Below, piece after piece: positions 54,751 to 64,000 of a stretch of DNA of 64,000 bases. Both the position numbers and the translations under genes were made by a program. Positions within the stretch are counted from its first letter, which is position 1, and each line of letters opens with the position of its first letter. Under the pieces are notes generated by a model. The model was given only the letters and a program-made list of their open reading frames with translations. It was not told the DNA's origin and made no database searches. The DNA is taken from NCBI GenBank assembly GCA_053919585.1, contig CM132800.1; one strand, 5' to 3'. The DNA comes from Euprymna scolopes. Taxonomy: Eukaryota.

Positions 54751-55257
54751 GACTTGAAATATGTTGAGGATTTCTTGAATTTCTTGTATAATACTATATT
54801 ATATTTACACACGCGTTAACTGTACAAATGTTTAAAATAATTTCACAATAATTCTTTGAATATAGGTGGAACTAATTTAAGCAAGTAATCTGATAAAAGC
54901 CGGACAAACATTTGATGTGATTTTTATCTTTCGATAGAAACTGTTAAATGTGTAACAATCTGTCGCCTAATTATATTCATGATATACATCAGTGTTTTAT
55001 TGTTTTCAGTTTTCTCATACAAGTGATGCACATAAGGAGGAAGTGATGGTTGCTTTGCAAATGAAGAAATTCAGGAAGACCGGATGCAGTGACTGAATGG
55101 AACCCATCGTTAATCGATACATTTTGGAATAAAAGGTAAGAAAATCACATCTATCTCCGTCTATTCACTTTCAGAATGTTTCTTTGGAATATTTAAAACA
55201 GTGATGCCACAAGAACATTAGCATATAGTATTTCTTTTATCTTGTCGGACGGTGGTT

Positions 55258-55730
55258 TTATTTTAAACAGGACTCACACTTATCAAGGCCCGAGGGCCAG
55301 TCGAGAATAATGGGTACTGGATACACATTAATCAATGTGCTTATAGCGTAGTAAACATAAGTAGTGGGAATTTTGTGAATTGGATTTCTTAGGGGGCTGT
55401 TCATCAAGAACTTGTTTACATTGGACTTGAAAACAATCAGATTGTAGTCAGCTGGAAAGCAGGCAATCGAAAGAGCGTTGCAAAGGCCGGCAATTCTAAG
55501 AAAGAAGCTTTGTTCGTGGAATGTACATTTAGGTCTATACACAAACTAGGGGGTGGGAAATTTTTGATAGTGGTTTCGGCTAGACGAGTGCTTTTTGTGA
55601 AAGTTTGACAAGGGGGCCATAGATTGAAGCTCAGAAGAGCACATTCCATGAAAATAAAGATAAAGCCGAGACAGATTCGCTGTGTTGGGAATAGACAAAG
55701 AGGACGCAATTCGCCCACTGCAAGATGTTT
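55258..55730 (-). mobile_element. CR1-group LINE 3' fragment
   Basis: Reverse complement aligns with 14270-14680 (aaaaagcactcgtctagccgaaaccact; gggccttgataagtg). Confidence 0.8.
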
Positions 55731-56249
55731 AGATATGAAATGAACTTTGAAAGAACACAATTTATTATTCTTCCTTTATTCTATACGAAAATGTATCAAA
55801 TCTGGCGTATGTACAGAATTCGAATAGTCGGAAGCCAAAGCAAATCATTTTATGTTTGTATTATATGTATTGGTCAGATAAAACAAAAACAGGCATGTAT
55901 TATTTTTCGATTTAACATATAAACATATTTACGATACGTACAGACATTTAATGAAAATAAGATGTCAAAGTAAAAACAACTAAAAAAGAAAGCCAAAAAC
56001 AGGCTCACAATTTCCAGATAATTTTAGAGCCATTATAAATATATAGGGGGCAGTGGAACGAAAATATCTTTATAGACAGATCGATTTAAAAGAGAAAGTT
56101 ATTTAATCAGGTAATGTTACAAATATTTAGATGCATTAAAACATATTTTTTTCCAATAACACAATCTTAAATGTAACGAACTTTTAAACACGCGTTTTGC
56201 GCTATTGATGATGAGAGAGAAACGCCTTTAGCAAACCTGTGCCCGTCAG

Positions 56250-56324
<75 letters not shown>

Positions 56325-56879
56325 AGATTTATCACTTTTTTGGCATTTTTTTTAAGTTCCAAATCTTAGCGATTATTGGTCAAATTTTACAGATAAAGGT
56401 TAGTTGGAAAGGTAATGACCTGAATTGAGTCGTGCACTATGTGCCATTTTCCCTTTAGGTCGCATGTTAAAAGGATTAAACATCGCTTAGGGTTTATTCT
56501 GACACTTTTTGACTTTTTAGATAACCAACACATCATGATATTTTTACAATGCAAAAGTTGTGCATTTGAATTAAAATATATCTTTTATTTTCCCCCAAAC
56601 CTCTTGCTTTGGTGAAAGGAGAGATTACAATTTGCTAATCTGATTTCTAATGATATGAACTAACGGCAAGGGTGGACTTTATTCAGAAGTTTTTTGATTA
56701 TACTCAATGCTTGTTAATAGATTTAGTGACCTGAGTGCATGTTACTATAACGATTAAAAGATAGAAATTATAAACATATATTTATTTCACAGGGTTAAAT
56801 CTTAAAAATAACGATACGTAATGAAATCCTCTTTTAAACTTGATTAAAATGCGACAGAAAGTAATGTAATGCTACAGAG

Positions 56880-57420
56880 TTTTTTTTCTGGATAATATTG
56901 CTGGATCGAATATAAGTTTTTTTTTTGTGGAATAAGTGATTCAGGGAAAGCTGGGAATCTGTGAGTTATGATGAGAAGTATGGGAGGAGTAACAGTCAGA
57001 ACAATAGAGTTGTTTGACAAAAAAACAAGAATTCAATGGATAAGGATCGAGGTCTGTCTATAAAAACAATAATTGCGCAGTTTGATGTCAGTGTGGAAAC
57101 TGTAGACAATTATTCATGAAGGACTAAATATGCGAGATATTAACGCAAAGTTTGTCCAAGCTTGCTCAGAGAAGAACAGAAAGTAGGGCGTTGTCATGAA
57201 AGCAGGGAAATGCTCGAACTGATCAATTGAGTTTGTGCAGTGTTTGGTGTTCTGGTCACCTGCAAATAAAGCTAGATCATTCTAGAAGTTGTTGAAACAG
57301 TACAACAAGTGCATTGTTTCCTGAGGATATACATTCAAATAGGACTAGAGTTGCATGGAAGTACTACCCATAAAAGTATAGATATGAAAAAAGTATTGAA
57401 ACTTATTGAACGCATCTGGT
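56880..57420 (+). mobile_element. Internally deleted mariner transposase remnant
   Basis: Translation DKDRGLSIKTIIAQFDVSVETV..IIHEGLNMR.INAKFV..LLREEQK..VLVTC, then QYNKCI, with a TIR-like end gaaacttattgaacgcatctgg|TA. Confidence 0.7.
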
Positions 57421-58917
57421 ACTTCTTTCTCTTTATAAATTCTCGATCATGCTATTTGTTGATGATTACTTAACCAAGGATATCGCACAATAGAAGAAAG
57501 GATTTTTCTCTGATAAGAAATTTTCTCTCAAAACACAAGTGAGCTCCGTTACTGTGCATCAATACTGGCTGGCATAACGCCGCCTTGTATGTTTGTGTGT
57601 GTGTGTGATATTGATGCAACAAAGGCAAGTTGTTTATACACTTCTAATGTCTGCGTGGATGTGTAAAAATGCGAAAGCATATTTTAATAAGATTGCGAGA
57701 CAAGAGCCCACGATATATTGATGTTATGTCGACTTGTCTGTACACGTACGGGATTTTACCGGTCGCTGCACTATTTAATACCGATCGTTATGGCACAACA
57801 TTCTACGGCGCAAAAAGTGATTAACATAAAATATACAAAAAGCACAAATGAAGTAATATGTTGCTTAAACGATTATTATCAATTATTATCAAGAGGTAAC
57901 GCAGCTTTTTCATTTCTAAATGGCGTAAAAATATCGTGTGTGCGCAGAATTTTATTGCTTGCCTATTAAATATTTCTGAGTCCGATTAATGTTAGCTGCG
58001 CCCTTACCAGGATTTTAAAGATGAGGTAAGGTAATGAGCCAACGCGTTACGTTAAGTGGACTGGGCATATGTAAATTCTCCTGGCATTGTACGGTGCAGA
58101 TTACTGAGACGATTATCTATGAAATAATGAAATAGCATGGAAGGGTGGAGCTAATACCAATAAGCAGAATTATACATACACATCAACATAAAAGCTACAN
58201 NNNNNNNNNNNNNNNNNNNNNNNNNNNNNNNNNNNNNNNNNNNNNNNNNNNNNNNNNNNNNNNNNNNNNNNNNNNNNNNNNNNNNNNNNNNNNNNNNNNN
58301 NNNNNNNNNNNNNNNNNNNNNNNNNNNNNNNNNNNNGCCCGGTATGAAATACGCATGACTATTATATTCTAATTCATACAGAAACCGAGACATGTGCGTA
58401 AAAATGTTGCTTTTTTTTTTCAAAACAATTTTAAGTAAAAAATAATCGAGCTGAGATCGAAACCAAAACCTAAAGCCACTGACTCAAGTAGGATAACAAT
58501 TAGGCCACCTTGATATGGCCTTTAAAATGTGTTTCCCAACCTACTAATATAAGAAATATGTCGTCGTAAAGATTCATGCATCTGCATTCGTGAAAAATTA
58601 AACAAACAGATAAAAAATCTGATGGATATATCAGTAATTTACATTCAAAGACCAAAAAATATTTTTATCCTTTTACTTTTATAATATTTTGTCTTACACA
58701 AGTTTGGTTGCGTGACGTACGACAACATAACTTGTCAGAGACATTTGTATTACTTTTATAATCGGATTATTGTTCTCGCCTTGAGTATCATTTGTACACA
58801 ATTAACACTCAAGATGAGTGCAATAATCCGATAGAAATATAATACAAACAATTAACTCCAATATTTAGATCTGTAATCATTAGAGACAATTAATATTTTT
58901 CTCCGAAAAAGCCAAAC

Positions 58918-58971
<54 letters not shown>

Positions 58972-58978
<7 letters not shown>

Positions 58979-59515
58979 GTATTGTGATTGATAATTTAAA
59001 ATTCAAATTAGAATATAATTAAAAATCTGTTTCACAAGAAGTAACAACAACAAAATCAATAATTTGTACGATCGTTTCGGAAAACAATGTTTTTATTGTG
59101 GTAGACATTAAGCCACGGACAATAGTTTTTACATATAGTATTTTTAACAAACAAAGTTTCATAAGTTTGAAAGCTACAATAAACATCCATATGAAAGCTG
59201 TGACCTTAATTGCTGATTTCAAAAGGCGAAAAATTAAAAGATACATCTGCCTATACTTTTAATGCTAGCTTTATTTATGGTGTCTTTTACATATATTAAA
59301 CCCCTTCCCAATACTTTGCTGATGAGGAAACTTTGCTTCTTAAAAATACTATATGTAAAAACTATTGTCCGTGGCTAAATGTCTACCACAATAAAAACAT
59401 TGTTTTCCGAAACGATCGTACAAATTATTGATTTTGTTGTTATTCCTTCTTGTGAAACGGATTTTTCATTTAATTCTAATTTGAATTTTAAATTATCAAT
59501 CACATTACTGAATAT
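58972..59515. repeat. Long inverted repeat (~189-bp arms, ~166-bp spacer)
   Basis: 58972-59160 is the near-identical reverse complement of 59327-59515. The peptide MSTTIKTLFSETIVQIIDFVV appears in ORFs on both strands. Confidence 0.95.
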
Positions 59516-59663
59516 TAAATTAGCTCTAGGATATTTACCTATCGAGCTTATTATATATCTAAATTACAACAAGCACTTTTTCTTTCCCTGTATTTTAATT
59601 AAATTAGTAATTTTATTATTACATTAAAATACACTCTGCTCTTTAGACTATTGTTCTAATCTC

Positions 59664-59722
<59 letters not shown>

Positions 59723-60059
59723 AAGCACGTGGGTTGTCTTGACGAGTATTACGTTAAATTTAGAGTAGGTCTCTCAATATCAAGAGTGTTTAATAATGCA
59801 CTAGAGCTTTTCTAATATTTCACAAACAAGTTTACCGGTGCTTAGATGGTATCGAACATTGACATCTTGCTTCAACAACATCTTATGATGTGTCAGGCGT
59901 AACCACGTAAAAGAAAGAAGACAAAAAAAAGAAAAAAAATACTTGACATATCCTGACAGCAGATTCTTTTAGGAATCATATATGTTTGTATTTATTGTAA
60001 AAAAATGTCTCTTGTTATCTTTTTTAAACCGTTAATTTTTTTTTATTCATATCGTTGCT

Positions 60060-60730
60060 TTTATATAGAATTGACTTTTTCTCTGCTTTTGTGTGGCTGT
60101 GTGTGAGTTCGTTCGCTTTGGACCCGCGAAGGGCTTGGTTGATTTTTATGAAATTTCACTCTAATGCACTTTATGTAGTTGGCAATGTTCGTAGATACGT
60201 TTTCTATCGGAATGTTTTCCAATAAGTTTCGCTAATCGATAATATAAAACGTCTGATGAAATAAGTAACAGACGATTTTGACCAAAGTTAATGCTTTATA
60301 CAACCTAATATCACAAGTGCATTGTGAAAGTTTTATGGCAACACAATCAAGAGGTCCCCTGCATTTTAAAATCAACAGTGGGTTCTTTGAGATTAAAGAG
60401 CCACTTATAAATAACTGTTTCCATTTAGAGAAAATTAAAATATGATAAATGACTTTTGCTTCTAAACTTTAATTCAATATACAGATTATTTTATAAAATC
60501 AACAGAAGGATCTCTACAGTGCAATGTAGACTATAATGAATTGTGGGCTAAGTCACTGCTGGATGCATGTGGAGCTTACTCTAGGTGCACTGCGATGGGT
60601 CCTCAACTAGATCAAACAATAGATTGGAATAAAACATGAGCAATTTCACAATTTCGGTGACAATAAAAGTATGGCAATGTGAAACATTCATTGGTCCTCA
60701 TTTAATACCAAGCAACCTCGGGTCTTCCTG

Positions 60731-60735
<5 letters not shown>
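60060..60735 (+). mobile_element. Decayed Helitron-like element (related to 63423-64000)
   Basis: Shares gatttttatgaa..actttatg, aaactttaattcaa and ggtgcactgcgat with 63423-64000. Degenerate 3' end ccaagcaacctcgggt..gccaa|t. Confidence 0.5.
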
Positions 60736-60805
<70 letters not shown>

Positions 60806-61170
60806 CTAGAAAAGACAAGTATAATAGGAATACATAAAAGCAGTAATAGGAAAAATCGAATTGAGAGGGTCAAATAAAGAAACCGCAGTTGATATTGATA
60901 ATATATGGACATTTTGTCAAATTATGCAAAAGAAGGTATTTTAGTAAAAGAGAGAACGAGCGAGAGAGAAAGAGAAATNNNNNNNNNNNNNNNNNNNNNN
61001 NNNNNNNNNNNNNNNNNNNNNNNNNNNNNNNNNNNNNNNNNNNNNNNNNNNNNNNNNNNNNNNNNNNNNNNNNNNNNNNNNNNNNNNNNNNNNNNNNNNN
61101 NNNNNNNNNNNNNNNNNNNNNNNNNNNNNNNNNNNNNNNNNNNNNNNNNNNNNNNNNNNNNNNNNGCTAT

Positions 61171-61223
61171 TAAGCTACACAGAATATTCCGCGTTTCATC
61201 CACTCTTGGATTCATCAGGCTTA
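61171..61223 (-). ncRNA. Type I hammerhead ribozyme with intact core (inverted partner)
   Basis: Reverse complement reads TAAGC CTGATGA ATCCA-agag-TGGAT GAAA CGCGGAAT-ATTCTGTG TA GCTTA, with a self-complementary stem III. Confidence 0.85.
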
Positions 61224-61239
61224 TGCATAAGCTTATGCA

Positions 61240-61292
61240 TAAGCCTGATGAATCCTAGCGTGGATGAAACGCGGTATATTCTGTGTAGCTTA
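61240..61292 (+). ncRNA. Type I hammerhead ribozyme with intact core
   Basis: Stem I TAAGC/GCTTA; CTGATGA (61245-51); stem II ATCC/GGAT; GAAA (61266-69); stem III CGCGG/CTGTG; GTA triplet, with cleavage predicted after A61287. Confidence 0.85.
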
Positions 61293-63422
61293 ATTGCCAT
61301 ATATATATTATAACTTAATACTTAACTCCACTTACTTTTTGAGCACTGTTGAAGTAAATACTTAAAGTCTATGTATAAATTAATACTTTCGTATACTAAT
61401 TTATGTAATTAAATGAATTAGTCACGTATATATGTATATGTATATATATACATATATATATATACAGAGAGAGAGAGAGAGAGTAAGATAGAGAGAGAGA
61501 AGGTAAAAGAAAACACCAAAAAGAACGAATGGATAAATAAGGCAAACTACAAAGAGTGAAGGAAGAAAAAAAGAGTTAGATAAAATCAATAACGATCGAA
61601 TAAGGAAGAAATAGTATTTCGGCAAAAAAGGGTGAAAAGAAACATGATAAAGAAGGTAACGAATGAATTGTGGGGAAGACTGATAAAAATAAAATACAAG
61701 TTAAGGGATGAAAGGAAAAATAGAAAAGAGAAACAAGACAGCATACTAATAAACAGAAAAAAGAGAGAAAGCCAGATAAAATAAGAGTTGGCATAGGGAC
61801 AGATAGAGATCTATTTTCGTTACAATGTTCAGATGGTCCAGCTTCGGATCTTATTTCGTCGTTAACATTTTAAAAATGGATGTCATTAAGCAGTCAGATT
61901 GTTGTCAATCATTCACGACCAGTTTACTTATCGTGTGAGCAACTCTGCCAAAAATATTTAATCAGTATGCATACCAACTAGCTGAAAATGTGTCTGGATA
62001 TACATTATAGTAAAGCACTTCCCTGATGCGCTCGCTATCTCCATATATCCTGCTGATTCTCAGTCTCCCTTGTCAATACACATCAGTGTCCACTGGAGTG
62101 TAAAAACTCGTTTTGCTTCAATCATCCAGGCCAAGAATATGCATAGGAATTGTAGCATGTCAAAATGAGTTACAGGAAAGAAAAAAAAACGGATTTCTTT
62201 CCTGCTGCTCCATGCATTTGATTCTGACAGCTTAACAAGGATCCCAAAGAACTTTGTTATTGATGGTAGCTTGAGCGCTGATTAATCTGTAAGCAGTCAT
62301 CTCATATTTCATAGTACTCTCCCCTGAAATTATAATTCCGTCCACTGAAATAAAACCGGTCTATCCGCAAGTTACGCCTATGTTCAGCTATAAAATCTAT
62401 TTGAAATATCGATGTAAAAAAACATTTAAATTATTGAACCAACCATTTAACCACGTGGTAAAACATGGGCAAAAGAAACCTGCCAGTAGCTAGGGAATAT
62501 AATTCTATGTAGAATTCCAAAGAAATACAGTCGATTTGAATCTAAGGCCGCAGCCAAGCTGTTTGTTAGCATTGTAAAACAACAGATCACAAGCCATTAT
62601 ACGGCGGGCTGAAACATATCGAAAGCAGATGAGGCGACAAGTCGAACATTGTCCAGCATACAATCCAATGTCTAGGATGCACGCAACAGTCTCCCTAATG
62701 ATTAGAGTATCATTATCACGCAAGAAACTTTATATAACCAGTTCAAGTCTTATCGCAAACTTATCTGAGACTTGATCGTTACTAAGTATTTGAACGAGAA
62801 CATCTGGATTCTTAAACATCTTGCACCTTCAATTAGACAAAGGCGAACGTAAAGGACACAGTATGTGAACGCATTCAACTGATATATAAGGCGAGTTATT
62901 AATTGTTGTTGACTTCTGTCTAACTTTGGATGTTATTCTGAATGAGCAGACTCTGATCCAATTACTTATAATACCAAAGTCTGTGTACATCAACGTGTTC
63001 TTACTTACATGTTGCGTGTGCATTTTTACGGAAAAAGTGCACGTAAATATATATCTTACTTCTGAGTTTAAATTATGTCTGAAAAAAAATGCTGTTGAAT
63101 TGTTCGTATTACTTGTAATGTATAATAAACTGAAACTGAACCGGACAAGGAACCTTCATTTAAATATAGATCTAAGGCTGTTCTATATTATATAATAGGG
63201 GTTGCATAATGTTTCGCATATAAGAATAACAGGCCCTCTGCGAGGTAACACTGCAATACCTGTCTGGACAAAGACTACTTAATTTAGNNNNNNNNNNNNN
63301 NNNNNNNNNNNNNNNNNNNNNNNNNNNNNNNNNNNNNNNNNNNNNNNNNNNNNNNNNNNNNNNNNNNNNNNNNNNNNNNNNNNNNNNNNNNNNNNNNNNN
63401 NNNNNNNNNNNNNNNNNNNNNN

Positions 63423-64000
63423 AAATGAACTCTGTCTCTCAATGTATAAGTTCGTCCGATATGGACTCAGAATTTGCGGCGCCGATTTTTATGAACATTT
63501 ACAAAAATGTACTTTATGCATCTGGTTGTGTTCTTAGATATGGTTTGGATCGGATCTTATTCGATAAATATCGATAATCGAAAAGAAATTTGATGAAAAG
63601 GAACAAGTTTTTTTTTGACCAACCCTAAAGGTCGGGCGTATAAAATCTGCAATAATTTATTTTATATGATAGGGGCGCATTAGAAATTAATATTTCTATA
63701 AAATATGAGTGACTCATTACACTTGACATTTTAATGTTAAACCTTAATTCACGCAATAAATGATTTTCTTTTGATTACAAGTACATCAATATATTTGACT
63801 TTTACATTTAAAAACTTTAATTCAAGCAGTTGTATATAACCATAAATAATCAAATCAATATTAAGTTCTGTATAGTTCAATGCGGACAACAGTGCTAAGC
63901 TTCCTGCCGGTGCACTGCGATTGATATCTCACTACAGCAGGTAATCAATCGATAATCTTCTTTGGTTATTCACTGGATAGCGTTGGTAATTTTCTCCTTT
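63423..64000 (+). mobile_element. Helitron-like element, partial
   Basis: Starts aaatgaactc, as at 46594, and shares blocks with 60060-60735. Confidence 0.45.

Noticed and set aside
59019-59627. Apparent duplicated small gene (MSTTIKTLFSETIVQIIDFVV) on both strands
   Set aside because: It is a by-product of the inverted repeat, with no recognisable domain or splice context.
60247-60280. Other CTGANGA occurrences (60253, 10926, 33169 minus, 28052)
   Set aside because: They lack a correctly placed GAAA and closable stems, so they are not hammerheads.

Overview
AT-rich eukaryotic (most likely invertebrate animal) draft-assembly sequence with many N gaps and abundant (TA)n, (CA)n, (AAT)n and (GAT)n microsatellites. 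I recognise no intact host protein-coding gene; nearly all listed ORFs are microsatellite or gap artefacts, or pieces of dead transposons. The window is dominated by decayed transposons: R4/Dong-type (REL-endonuclease) LINEs, CR1-group LINEs, Tc1, mariner and Chapaev3-type transposase remnants, a dozen non-autonomous Helitron-like copies, a three-copy SINE-like family and two copies of a 5S-rRNA-derived SINE. The most striking signal is RNA-level. At least three sequence-unrelated loci (~11.0 kb, ~34.9 kb, ~61.2 kb) are palindromes made of two divergently oriented type I hammerhead ribozyme motifs, and both motifs at 61.2 kb have an intact catalytic core. This architecture matches the inverted pseudo-LTRs of Penelope-like elements, although no Penelope ORF is visible here. 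All family assignments come from reading and translating by eye; no database search or folding program was run.
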